DNA of 64,000 bases from Nitrosopumilus sp. (GTDB taxonomy: Archaea > Thermoproteota > Nitrososphaeria > Nitrososphaerales > Nitrosopumilaceae), in NCBI GenBank assembly GCA_965218785.1, contig OZ244650.1, positions 416,001 through 480,000 on the forward strand, read 5' to 3'. Under the pieces are notes generated by a model. That model did no database searches, was not told the DNA's origin, and was given only the letters and a program-made list of their open reading frames with translations. The position numbers and the translations under genes were made by a program. Shown here piece after piece: positions 10,436 through 20,089 of this stretch (the first letter of the stretch is position 1; every line of letters starts with the position of its first letter).

Positions 10436-11097
10436 AGATTTTTCTTGATACTGCAAATCTGGAATCCATTAGAAAGTTCAATGATATGGGACTGCTTGAT
10501 GGGATTACGACCAACCCCTCTTTACTCTCAAAAGAAAAAGGCAATCCCAGAGATGCGATGCAAGAGATTGCAAAAATTATCAAAGGCGATGTAAGTCTTG
10601 AAGTCATTAGTACGGAATATTCTGCAATGATCGAAGAGGGAAAACGTCTACGTCAATACGGTGATAACGTTGTTGTCAAAGTTCCCATGACTCCTGACGG
10701 TTTGAAGGCATGCAAATCCCTCTCCTCTGAAGGAATTCCCGTCAATGTTACCCTGATATTTTCTCCAAACCAAGCTTTGCTTGCCGCAAAATCCGGAGCA
10801 AAGTATGTCAGCCCATTTATTGGCAGACTAGATGACATTGGTCAGGACGGCATGCACCTGATTAAAGAGATTAAAGAAATATTTTCTAATTATGACTTTC
10901 AGACAGAGATACTTGTGGCAAGTGTCCGTCATCCGGTGCACGTAGTTGATGCTGCAAAGATCGGGGCAGACGTGGTAACCCTGCCTCCTGCCGTATTAGA
11001 CAAGATGCTGCAGCACCCATTGACAGAAAAGGGATTAGAAAACTTTCTTGCCGACTGGGAAAAACTCAGAGCCAGCAATCCTGATATCAAAACTTGA
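10432..11097 (+). CDS. tal: Transaldolase / fructose-6-phosphate aldolase
   Basis: FLDTA, GITTNPS, VKVP, NVTLIFS, YVSPFIGR, ASVR. Confidence 0.93.
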   Translation: MKIFLDTANLESIRKFNDMGLLDGITTNPSLLSKEKGNPRDAMQEIAKIIKGDVSLEVISTEYSAMIEEGKRLRQYGDNVVVKVPMTPDGLKACKSLSSEGIPVNVTLIFSPNQALLAAKSGAKYVSPFIGRLDDIGQDGMHLIKEIKEIFSNYDFQTEILVASVRHPVHVVDAAKIGADVVTLPPAVLDKMLQHPLTEKGLENFLADWEKLRASNPDIKT

Positions 11098-11166
11098 TAA
11101 AATCAACTAGAATTTTAGATGATAACATCTAGGAAAATCTTAAAAATGAAAAATTGAGTTGCCCTT

Positions 11167-11421
11167 CTAGGATTTTTTTCTAGAAGCGGTTCCTCTGCCT
11201 GAAACTCTGGTTCCCGTGTATGTTGGTCTCTTTTTTGGTTCGGGGGTGTCGCTGAGTTTCCTTCTGCCGGTTCCTCTGCCAGATGAGACATATGTGCCCT
11301 TTGCTGCAGTTTTTCTTGCTTCTTGAATTTTCTTAAATTCTGCACCGGTCCATTTTGAGGCATCACTATCAACCTCTATGGTTCCCGTACCTCTTCCGGT
11401 TCGTATTTTTATTTTGACCAT
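11167..11421 (-). CDS. Small, very basic hypothetical protein
   Basis: 84 aa rich in K/R/G/T, with three GRGT motifs. Confidence 0.7.
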   Translation of the reverse strand: MVKIKIRTGRGTGTIEVDSDASKWTGAEFKKIQEARKTAAKGTYVSSGRGTGRRKLSDTPEPKKRPTYTGTRVSGRGTASRKKS

Positions 11422-11445
11422 AAGTTAGGTTGAATCTGCTTGTAT

Positions 11446-12468
11446 TTAACTACTAATCCATCCAAGCTTTTTAAAATATACAAACATAATGATTGCCGGA
11501 ATCGCAGATGCAAGAATGACAATTATGAACGTTGTATATGATCCCAGAAACATCCAATCCCCCCCTGCGATCACAGGCAAATTGACATTCATTCCATAAA
11601 ATGTTCCAATCACCGTTGATGGGATTGCCAGTGTGAAGATAATAGTTAATAAGCCAAGTACTTTGTTTGTTTTTTCGGTACTTAATACAAAATCCGTATC
11701 CTTGTAAATTTCCATAGTCTCCCTTGATTCCTCCAACGTTTCAATTATCTTCTCTATGTGATCAATTACATCATCAAAATACAATCCAAGTTCCTCATCC
11801 TCATTCTCTGAAAACCTCTTGACGTTTTTTGCAATCTCTAGGACAAACTTTTTTAATGGATTTGCTATTCTTCTTAACCTGTTAATCTCCCTTCTAAGCA
11901 GGGCGATACTTCTTGCTACCGGTTTTGTTTCATCAAAGACCCTGTCCTCCATTTCATCCAAATTGGCAATAATCTTTCTCGAAGTATGCAGAAGATCATC
12001 TACAAGCACATCAATAATTTCATGAAGTAATGATCCGGCGGATTCACCTAACAGCCTGTCTTTTTTTTGCTGGTCTGTATCTGTTTTACATATTTCTGCC
12101 AATTCGACCAGGGGTTTCAGATCTCCATGATGTACAGTAACTATGAAATCCTTGCCAAGAAATATGGACAGCTGGCTGTTTTTTGATATTCCTATCTTCT
12201 GTGACAATGGTGGAAAGTGCAAAATTACAAAGAAATGATCATCATAACTATCCAATTTTGGAAGTTCAAATTTGGTCATGCAGTCTTCTATGTTTAATTC
12301 ATTAAAATTGAATTTTTCAGCTAGTTTTTCAACATCAGTTCTGTCCGGATTTTGCAAATTCATCCATGTAAATTTCCCCCCCTGAATGATCTCCGTCTTT
12401 CTTTCAATAGGATTCTCTATTAATTTTCTACTCGAACGTAATCTTTTGGTGATGAATCCCTTTCTCAA
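11446..12468 (-). CDS. corA: CorA-family Mg2+ transporter
   Basis: YGMN signature with two C-terminal TM helices. Confidence 0.93.
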   Translation of the reverse strand: MRKGFITKRLRSSRKLIENPIERKTEIIQGGKFTWMNLQNPDRTDVEKLAEKFNFNELNIEDCMTKFELPKLDSYDDHFFVILHFPPLSQKIGISKNSQLSIFLGKDFIVTVHHGDLKPLVELAEICKTDTDQQKKDRLLGESAGSLLHEIIDVLVDDLLHTSRKIIANLDEMEDRVFDETKPVARSIALLRREINRLRRIANPLKKFVLEIAKNVKRFSENEDEELGLYFDDVIDHIEKIIETLEESRETMEIYKDTDFVLSTEKTNKVLGLLTIIFTLAIPSTVIGTFYGMNVNLPVIAGGDWMFLGSYTTFIIVILASAIPAIIMFVYFKKLGWISS

Positions 12469-12571
12469 GTCGTAAAATACTCTAACACAGCAAATTTAAA
12501 GCGATCGTTGTTGTCATATGTAAAAATTATCACCAAGTCACAAGATTGAAGAACATTATTGAATTGAGGCC

Positions 12572-12652
12572 CTACTTGAATGGAAGTAAATAATTCATTC
12601 CGACCCACGTCAGTCCAAGAGCTATAGCCATTGCAAGCCACCAATGCCGCAT
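12572..12652 (-). CDS. Candidate 26-aa single-TM peptide (not in ORF track)
   Basis: Hand translation MRHWWLAMAIALGLTWVGMNYLLPFK*; TTTATTA about 29 nt upstream of the ATG. Confidence 0.4.
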   Translation of the reverse strand: MRHWWLAMAIALGLTWVGMNYLLPFK

Positions 12653-12829
12653 ACATGAAATCCAAACTAGTTAATAATAAATCTACACTCTGATTTGCGT
12701 TGTCTGCAAATTTATAAAAATCACCAATTACGCGGCATCATAACCCATTCATATCCTTGGATTCCATGCCCTCTGATTCTTCTCAAAAGTTAAAGATTAT
12801 TACAGGATGAGTAATTTTTCTTTTTTGTG

Positions 12830-12901
12830 GCCCTCGTAGTACAGTGGTTAGTATAGAGGATTGTGGATCCTCGGACAGGAGTTCGATTCCCCTCGAGGGC
12901 C
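12830..12901 (+). tRNA. tRNA-His(GTG)
   Basis: Acceptor GCCCTCG/CGAGGGC, discriminator C, anticodon arm GAGGA-TTGTGGA-TCCTC, GTTCGA T-loop; G at -1 is encoded, CCA is not. Confidence 0.95.
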
Positions 12902-13169
12902 CTTACAAACTACTTTGCCTCTTCCTCGCATACATATTCTGAGTTAAAAGCTTGATTCCAAGAAAAGTATGGGAATCCATGCCCGATAGCATCATTGATG
13001 CTAAGATCTTCTTTAATTCTAAATGCCATAATTCACCAAAAAAAGTGTCATTTTGTAGATGGATATCTCAAGTTCCCATCTTTGTACAGGAATAATTTTG
13101 AAGATATCTCATCTTTCACATATTTTTTAAAAATACCATATGCGAGTGTCTAGTCATGTAAAACTAACT

Positions 13170-13448
13170 TTAGTTTTCGATTTCTTTTTCTACTGATTCT
13201 GGAAAACTGGCTTGTTTTATTCCTAGGTCCTCTTGCATATTTTTTATTTTTACTGTAATTTCTTTCATCATGATAAAATCACCTTCTAATTTTGCCCGTT
13301 TATACAAAACCCAATTTTCTTTTAATTCATTCCATATTTTTATTACTGATTCTTCTGATTTTGCTGGTTTTGGGCTTTGAAATTTTAACATAATTTTATT
13401 TTCATAATGCTTAGTAGATCTATGGTGTAAGATTTGATTTAGTTTCAA
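13170..13448 (-). CDS. Hypothetical helical protein (true start may be internal)
   Basis: 92-aa ORF in an AT-rich region, with an amphipathic K/E-rich C-terminal half. Confidence 0.5.
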   Translation of the reverse strand: MKLNQILHHRSTKHYENKIMLKFQSPKPAKSEESVIKIWNELKENWVLYKRAKLEGDFIMMKEITVKIKNMQEDLGIKQASFPESVEKEIEN

Positions 13449-13987
13449 GTCAATTTCATGTCATTTTTGAATTATTCTTTTTTTAACATTAATTGAGGCT
13501 GTTTTTTACTATTTCTGGCTAATTGCATGCCTGTCCCAATCTAACGTTTTTTCAAAATGTCATATTGGTTTTTTAATCGATTCATTTCTCCTAATGAATC
13601 CCTTGTATGTTAAAGCCTGTAATGATTTGCCATTTATTTCCAATGGAGTAAACCTCTCTAAATAAGAACACTGTTTGATTGACCTCATTTGTTTCTCATC
13701 TCCCGCGTGATAAAAATCCCCGAGTCGCATATTGTGCCGAGTGAATCTGGAGTGACTCCTCCATCTGATTATGCCCTGATGTTTTTTCCTCGCCTCGAAT
13801 TATCGAAAAAATTTTTAACTGTTTCCATAAACACCATCTGTTTTTTGCCAAAAATGGTTTTCTTTTTTTTGAGATCTTCCTTCCATTTTTACGCCTAATT
13901 TGTTTTCACTAATGAATAATCTGTCAGGTCGTCGGTTCCCAGACATCGGATTTCACTCCTGAATTTGACTAATTACTTGTGCTGACT

Positions 13988-14593
13988 CTAACCGCTTACG
14001 ATTTGGTTGCAATTTTCACAGTATGCTAGATGTCTGGGAAATTTTCCGTCCTTCTGTGTGTTGTTTGGCACCCTTGTCAATAGCCTGTGGCCCTGCACTC
14101 TTTTCCCCCAGACATGCCAGACAAAGGGTTTGATGTTCTGGGATCTTATCAATAGCCTGTGGCCCTGCACTCTTTTCCCTTTGTCATATTTTACATAGAA
14201 CATCTTTGTCTGATGGCACAGATCACACATCATTGGTTCTTCAGGATGGGAATTCGTCACACGTTTATCATGTACTGTATTCTCATCAATCTTTGGTTTC
14301 TTCTCGACTATCCTAATAGTAGATATTTGTATCACCTGTTTTTTCAAAAATGGATGTATGAGTTTTTTCGGATCATGACCGTCCTTTATGCTGTTTTGGT
14401 ATCCGTGCAGTGATCCCAACAGCGTGCGGAATAACGGATAATCGAAATTTTCCAACTTGATTGCTTTGGCCTCTCTTTCAGCATAATCAAACATGAGTGG
14501 ATCCTGCCCGCAGTACGGACATTTTACAGTAGACATGTAGGATTCGTCAAACCAGTCAAGACACACAGAGCAATACATTGTGAAACAGCTCAC
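13988..14593 (-). CDS. Hypothetical protein with four CxxC (zinc-ribbon) motifs
   Basis: CSVC, CPYC, CDLC, CENC; internal GKRVQGHRLL duplicated. Confidence 0.7.
   Translation of the reverse strand: MSCFTMYCSVCLDWFDESYMSTVKCPYCGQDPLMFDYAEREAKAIKLENFDYPLFRTLLGSLHGYQNSIKDGHDPKKLIHPFLKKQVIQISTIRIVEKKPKIDENTVHDKRVTNSHPEEPMMCDLCHQTKMFYVKYDKGKRVQGHRLLIRSQNIKPFVWHVWGKRVQGHRLLTRVPNNTQKDGKFPRHLAYCENCNQIVSG
14077..14179. repeat. Perfect 31-bp direct repeat x2 with a 41-bp spacer
   Basis: TCAATAGCCTGTGGCCCTGCACTCTTTTCCC at 14077-14107 and 14149-14179. Confidence 0.95.
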
Positions 14594-14679
14594 CCTAGAC
14601 CATTAAAATGAATTGTAGCTAGGTTGAAAAGTGCCGGCCTTGAACTAGACAAATCACTTGGAGGATCCTTACATTTTAA

Positions 14680-15027
14680 TTAAAAAACACCAAATTTGCT
14701 AGACTCCATCTCTTCTTTGATGGCAAGCTTGAATCGCGGGGATCTGCTCTCCGTATTCTTCATTAACCATGCAAGAAATTTCTTTTCCATTCCCTTCCCC
14801 ACCAGTCTGTCAAAATCAGCCCCCATCATTTCAGCCAATTTTTCAACCAGCGATTTGTTTACACTTAGCACAAAAAAATGCCAGCCAAAAGCAAATTCCG
14901 AGTCAGTCATGGCAAAATCATCCTGGCTGTGAACCATCTCCTCTAAAAGAGACATCTGGTGTGTTAGCACCTTGCTTGTTTTATCATAGTCTATTGCAGA
15001 TACATTGATGTTAATTCTCTCCTCCAT
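14680..15027 (-). CDS. Hypothetical protein
   Basis: MEERININV... start at 15027 avoids overlap with the upstream gene; globular composition. Confidence 0.75.
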   Translation of the reverse strand: MEERININVSAIDYDKTSKVLTHQMSLLEEMVHSQDDFAMTDSEFAFGWHFFVLSVNKSLVEKLAEMMGADFDRLVGKGMEKKFLAWLMKNTESRSPRFKLAIKEEMESSKFGVF

Positions 15028-15058
15028 GCTTGTCTCATGTAAAAATGAAATAAAAAGA

Positions 15059-15844
15059 TTATACAGATTCTTCCTCCAAAAGATGTCCAAAATCTATATC
15101 AAAATGCATTTTCATTATGTTGATGTACGTCTGAATTGATTCGGGGATTTGATTGCCACATGCGACTCCTAATTTTTTTGCATTAATCCAAATTACCAAC
15201 GTCTGTATGATTGTCAAAAATCTGTCATTGCTGATCTCCGGGGATCCGATCGATTTTGTATATCTTTCGGCAAATTCCCACGCTGTCACAAAATCTACGC
15301 ATTTTACACCAAAAACCGATAGCAGTTGTTCTTGCATGCTTGATGCCTTTTTGAATGGTATCTTGTTGATGATATATGGAAAACTTACCTTCTCTGGAAT
15401 GCAATCCGGAAGAGGCCCCCAAATCGTAATTATTTTTGTCTCCGGTTTTAATCTTTCAAACTTTTCAAGCATCTGACTGATTACATCCTCGTCTGTAAAC
15501 CAAAACAAAATTACCGAAGCATCTGACAGGTCCACCTCTTCAATATTTTTACAGATTAACTGTCCTTCAATACCTCTCTCTTCAAGACTGTTTTTTGCAA
15601 GTTGAATTTTTTCAGGATTGTTATCTACCCCGACGGCTTTTTTCACATTGAACTTTTCTACTGCCATCTCGATTCCCTTTTCGTTACCGCAACCTAGATG
15701 ATAAAAAACATCATCTTCTCCCAAGTCTGCGAATTTAAAAATTTCATTAAATGCCCTTTCAGGCAACTGCACATCCTCGCCACTAAGCAGATTTTTTGGA
15801 AGCGTTTTCAGATACTCTTCAATCTTCAATAATGCATTTTCCAC
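15059..15844 (-). CDS. Class I SAM-dependent methyltransferase
   Basis: DVFYHLGCG motif I, GVD motif II, DASVI. Confidence 0.8.
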   Translation of the reverse strand: MENALLKIEEYLKTLPKNLLSGEDVQLPERAFNEIFKFADLGEDDVFYHLGCGNEKGIEMAVEKFNVKKAVGVDNNPEKIQLAKNSLEERGIEGQLICKNIEEVDLSDASVILFWFTDEDVISQMLEKFERLKPETKIITIWGPLPDCIPEKVSFPYIINKIPFKKASSMQEQLLSVFGVKCVDFVTAWEFAERYTKSIGSPEISNDRFLTIIQTLVIWINAKKLGVACGNQIPESIQTYINIMKMHFDIDFGHLLEEESV

Positions 15845-15854
15845 TATGGGGGAT

Positions 15855-16124
15855 TTATTCCCTTATGCTTTCCAGTTTTGAAACTGCCTGCCACAGCTGC
15901 GTTCTTACGTATGAAGGCATGTTGGGATCTTGTGTTACATCATCTAGCAGACTAATTGTATTTGCGGCCCTTACTGATAGGGAATATTCCTCGCTACTCA
16001 AGTCTGTAATCAAATCTGTAATTGATTTTTTTATTGTTTTTGGAGTGGAACTGCTCAAAGTAATCTGGTTTAGTGTCTCAATTGCCTCTCTCATCGATTC
16101 CTTATTTTGATTATCGTCTACCAT
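15855..16124 (-). CDS. UPF0147 family protein
   Basis: TPKTIK, RAANTISLLDD..QDPNMP..RT.LW..VS.LE. Confidence 0.88.
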   Translation of the reverse strand: MVDDNQNKESMREAIETLNQITLSSSTPKTIKKSITDLITDLSSEEYSLSVRAANTISLLDDVTQDPNMPSYVRTQLWQAVSKLESIRE

Positions 16125-16352
16125 TTTTTCCACATTTTCTTAAATATTAGAAGTATATAGTTTCTTACTAGTAAAAATATAACGCCGTGTGTGGCATTTT
16201 AACATTGATGATAACTGACCCGGATTACGTGATTATCTGATTCAGCGGTCTAAAAACTGCATTCTGTCTGTGTCTAGTATGATCTGCCTTACAGATGACA
16301 TTATTGATCAGCCCGCCAAGACCAAAAAATAATCTAAAATTAAGACTGAAAA

Positions 16353-16661
16353 TCATATATTCAGAAACACGTTATCTGATTCTATTACGATGTCATATGA
16401 TGTCAAATCCCTAATTTTTGCCGGGAATTTGACCAAGCTTCCAGTTTTGCAGTCAAACTGGGCTCCGTGCCAACCACATGTGATTGTACATCCATCTAGC
16501 TTTCCCTCAGACAAGCTTGATCCTGAATGTGTGCACGAATCATCTGTTGCATAATATTTACCGTCAATATTTGCAACTAGGATGTCTCGTCCATCAACGG
16601 ATGCCTTTATCATTTTTCCAGGTGTGATATCTGATGTCTTGCCGATGACGACCTTTCCCAT
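16353..16661 (-). CDS. Rieske [2Fe-2S] ferredoxin
   Basis: CTH...CGWHGAQFD. Confidence 0.92.
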   Translation of the reverse strand: MGKVVIGKTSDITPGKMIKASVDGRDILVANIDGKYYATDDSCTHSGSSLSEGKLDGCTITCGWHGAQFDCKTGSLVKFPAKIRDLTSYDIVIESDNVFLNI

Positions 16662-16710
16662 GATGTTTTTATCTGATGGCTCTTAATATTTTTTTGTATA
16701 GGATGAAAGC

Positions 16711-17493
16711 GTGATGATTAGGAATGCGACTGCCTTGGATAAAACTCTGGTTTTAAAATTTTGCAGAAATACCTTTTCCTGGGGCGATTACATTGATCAA
16801 GTCTGGAATTTCTGGCTGTCTGAGGGCAGTCTGCTGCTGTTTGAAAGAGAATCATCTCCGGCCGGGATATGCCATGCTCTTTACACATCTGATCAAGTCT
16901 GGATTGAGGGGATCAGAGTTGATCCTAATTTTCAAAGACAAAAAATCGCATCCGAACTAATAAGATACGCCGAATCAATAGGAAGAAAAAAATCCATTCC
17001 ATCTTCCCACATGCTAATTGATACTGAAAATACCCCGTCTCTTTTATTGACATCTTCCCTGGGTTATGGTGTTTTTCAAACCTGGAATTTTTACTCTCTT
17101 AAATCCGGAACAAATTCAAATTACGACATCCATTTTGAAAAATCCCTCGATCGTCAACTCTATTCCCACTATGTAAAATCCTGGAGGTGGCTTCCCATAG
17201 ATGATTCTGTCCTGTCTGTATTTTATAAAAAAAATCAGATTGTAAAATCCTGCATAGATGGCAATACTTCGATTGCAATCCTTGCCGATTCTGAACATTT
17301 TGATGATACTCTTATAGTCACACTGTTCTCAGGCTCACCTGATGCCACATTACAGATAATCTCATTTTTACAAAATTACGGCGCTGAAAATCATTATGAG
17401 AGAATCCAAATTCTGACCAAGGAGGAATTACCTGTCTCTGATTCACTCGAATATAGAATTTCATTCCATCTTGTGAAAAAACCACTGGATTAA
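16711..17493 (+). CDS. GNAT-family N-acetyltransferase
   Basis: WIEGIRVDP.FQRQKIAS acetyl-CoA motif. Confidence 0.85.
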   Translation: MMIRNATALDKTLVLKFCRNTFSWGDYIDQVWNFWLSEGSLLLFERESSPAGICHALYTSDQVWIEGIRVDPNFQRQKIASELIRYAESIGRKKSIPSSHMLIDTENTPSLLLTSSLGYGVFQTWNFYSLKSGTNSNYDIHFEKSLDRQLYSHYVKSWRWLPIDDSVLSVFYKKNQIVKSCIDGNTSIAILADSEHFDDTLIVTLFSGSPDATLQIISFLQNYGAENHYERIQILTKEELPVSDSLEYRISFHLVKKPLD

Positions 17494-18359
17494 CCTGGCT
17501 TGACAATCCTTATTGTATTCCTTAAAATTCCAAGAGATTCGATCTCCATCTCCACCGTATCTCCGTTCTTCAGGAACACCGCATTTGGCTTGTTTAGCAT
17601 TACTCCTGCAGGCGTTCCAGTAGAGATGATGTCTCCTTTCTCCAGGGTCATGACTCTGGAAATTTTTGAAATGATCTCCGGAATTTTAATGAACATGTTG
17701 TTTGTAGATGAATCCTGTCGCAGTTCCCCGTTGACCTTGGTTGTTAATCTCAGATTCTGGGCATCTCTGACCTCGTCGGCAGTTGTGATCCACGGTCCGC
17801 ATGGTGCAAACGAATCAAAGCTCTTTCCCCTTGTAAACTGCTTGTCTTTGAATTGAATGTCTCTGGCTGAAACATCATTGAATATCATATATCCAAATAT
17901 GACTCCGGATGCGTCATTTATGCTGATATTTTTACAGTCCTTGCCAATTATCAGGGCCAGCTCCACCTCATAGTCTAACTGTGTGACAAAATCCGGACAT
18001 ACGATATCTGATCCGGTACCAGTCAGTGCGGTTCGAGGTTTTATTACTATGGCTGGATCCTCTGGTGCCTGCAGTCCCTGCTCTTCTGCATGATCCACAT
18101 AATTAAATGCCAGACAAATTATTTTATTTGGATTTGGTATGGGTGGTAGGAATCCGAATTTTGAGATGTCTTTCTCGTATGACAAATCCCCGATCTTATT
18201 TTTAATCTCCTCGTACCATCCATCAAAAAGAAAATCCTTGACATTATGTGGTATTGGGACTCCCGTAGAGAATGTTATTTCATCTTTTGTTGCCACCCTG
18301 TCTCCTTGTATGAGACCATACGTTTCATTATTCCCGTCTGACAGTCGTGCTATCTTCAT
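17490..18359 (-). CDS. Fumarylacetoacetate hydrolase family protein
   Basis: KIICL..NY.DH, DYEVEL, NDVSARD, GKSFD, GDIISTGTPAGV. Confidence 0.92.
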   Translation of the reverse strand: MKIARLSDGNNETYGLIQGDRVATKDEITFSTGVPIPHNVKDFLFDGWYEEIKNKIGDLSYEKDISKFGFLPPIPNPNKIICLAFNYVDHAEEQGLQAPEDPAIVIKPRTALTGTGSDIVCPDFVTQLDYEVELALIIGKDCKNISINDASGVIFGYMIFNDVSARDIQFKDKQFTRGKSFDSFAPCGPWITTADEVRDAQNLRLTTKVNGELRQDSSTNNMFIKIPEIISKISRVMTLEKGDIISTGTPAGVMLNKPNAVFLKNGDTVEMEIESLGILRNTIRIVKPG

Positions 18360-18365
18360 TATTGA

Positions 18366-20084
18366 TCACTTGTGTGTATAGATCGCCTGATTCTGTGAAT
18401 CCTTTCTGCAGTATCCAAATCTGACAAATTGAATCTCATCTCCTTCCCTTAATTGTAGATACTGCGGCTCTGTATAAACGTCTAATTCCTCCAAACTATC
18501 TTCGTTAAACTCGTCTCCGTTGAATAGCATTTTTGGAACAAAAATTTTAATTTTATGTGCTGTTCTTTGAGGAACCCATTGAATTTTTGGCATGTCGTCT
18601 GTCTTACCATCCCCGATGAACTCCCCCTCAAGCTCCGTCTCACTTTTTGTTATGGATACATTTCCCAATCCTAAAAGTCTAATCTGCGTTCCCTGCCTGA
18701 TGTTTTGTGCGTCATCCCCAGAAATATAGAAATTTTCATCAATCTCAATCCTTCTTTTTCCAATGTCGTTAACTGGATGGTTGGGAATTTCAACTGATGA
18801 AACTGGCAAATTTCTCACTGTTAATTTTCTGGCATCACTTACCATGAACAGCCTGATGCTTTCAGAATCAACTAGCTTCCGATTAAAGGCCTCAAGCGAA
18901 TCAAACGGTGCAAGCGTGTTTGCCTTGGTAAATCCTAGTGATAAGATGAATTTCTTTATGGCCTCGGGTCTTATCCCGCGCCTTCTTAGGGCCTCTAGTG
19001 TCGGTAATCTGGGATCGTCATACCACGAAACCTTTCTCTCTTCAATCAATGGCTTGATAATTCTCTTCGAGGTAGGCATGCCCTTGAACTCTAGTCTTGA
19101 GAAAAATCCCTGATACGGCTTTCTCATATTTAATGCGTCTAAAATTGCATCTATGAGCTCCTCTCTAAGCTCAAATTCTTTTGAACGAAAAGCATGCGTG
19201 ACCCCGTCAATGCTATCCTCGATAGCAACTGCCATGTCATAGCTTGGCCAAATTCTATATTTTTTCCCCAGCGTGTAGTGTTTTTCATCAATAATTCTAA
19301 ACAGCACCGGATCCCTCATTACCGCGTTGTCTGCCTTCATGTCTCCACGAAATCTTACAATCGCCTCGCCTGGTTTGAATTTTACATTCATTTTTTCCCA
19401 GTTTTTATTATTTTTTTCAATGTCGGCCATGCTGCATTTGCATGCCTTTCTCTCCCTTCTGTTCTTGCCGATCTCGTCTCGTTTACAGGTGCAGACGTAT
19501 GCCTTTCCGGAATTAATCAGTTCCAGTCCTTTCTCATAAAACAACTCCATGTCATCTGAGGTGCTTTTTATTGTGTCAATTTTGATTCCCAGCCACTCCA
19601 GTCCGACTTTGATTGCCGCATGATATTCCATTCTTTCTGCCTCGGGATTCGTATCATCCATTCTAAGAATAAATTTCCCGCCGTACATCCTTGCATATTC
19701 TGAATTAATTATGGCGGCCTTTGCATGTCCTATGTGGGGATATCCGTTTGGTTCGGGTGGAAACCTCGTAACGACATTTCCCTGCTGTGCATCTTTTAAT
19801 TCCGGAAGACCCTCCCTCTCTGCAATCCTTTCCTTGGGTGCCAAAATTTCTGCAAAGTCAGCTTTAATCTCTTTTTTTTGCTCCTCAACTGACAACTGGT
19901 TTACGGCAGTGACAATTTCAGAAATCTCCCCTGCGATCTCCTTTACCCTGGTTCTAAACTCTGGTCTTGTCCCCAGAATTTTTCCTAAAATTATTTTGTC
20001 TTGTGTCTGGCCCCCGTGTTCGAATGCGTTTTGGAGGGCCATCTTTCTAACTTCCTTTTTTATCTCTTCATTCATTGAATCCAT
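18366..20084 (-). CDS. gltX: Glutamyl-tRNA synthetase
   Basis: RFPPEPNGYPHIGH, DDTNP, DDPRLPTL, QFVRFGY. Confidence 0.96.
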   Translation of the reverse strand: MDSMNEEIKKEVRKMALQNAFEHGGQTQDKIILGKILGTRPEFRTRVKEIAGEISEIVTAVNQLSVEEQKKEIKADFAEILAPKERIAEREGLPELKDAQQGNVVTRFPPEPNGYPHIGHAKAAIINSEYARMYGGKFILRMDDTNPEAERMEYHAAIKVGLEWLGIKIDTIKSTSDDMELFYEKGLELINSGKAYVCTCKRDEIGKNRRERKACKCSMADIEKNNKNWEKMNVKFKPGEAIVRFRGDMKADNAVMRDPVLFRIIDEKHYTLGKKYRIWPSYDMAVAIEDSIDGVTHAFRSKEFELREELIDAILDALNMRKPYQGFFSRLEFKGMPTSKRIIKPLIEERKVSWYDDPRLPTLEALRRRGIRPEAIKKFILSLGFTKANTLAPFDSLEAFNRKLVDSESIRLFMVSDARKLTVRNLPVSSVEIPNHPVNDIGKRRIEIDENFYISGDDAQNIRQGTQIRLLGLGNVSITKSETELEGEFIGDGKTDDMPKIQWVPQRTAHKIKIFVPKMLFNGDEFNEDSLEELDVYTEPQYLQLREGDEIQFVRFGYCRKDSQNQAIYTHK

Positions 20085-20089
20085 CTAAA

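Noticed and set aside
11115-11372. 85-aa ORF overlapping the basic protein
   Set aside because: Alternative frame of 11167-11421, which has an ATG start and coherent internal repeats
12465-12665. 66-aa ORF-track call upstream of corA
   Set aside because: TTG start, no motif, and it runs across the probable corA promoter; a shorter peptide in another frame is more plausible
14077-14179. CRISPR array
   Set aside because: Only two repeats, inside an open reading frame, with no leader and no cas genes in the window; kept only as an unexplained repeat
16200-16245. C/D box sRNA (TGATGA...CTGA...GTGATTA...CTGA)
   Set aside because: Spacing leaves no 10-12-nt guides between the boxes; cannot be supported without RNA data
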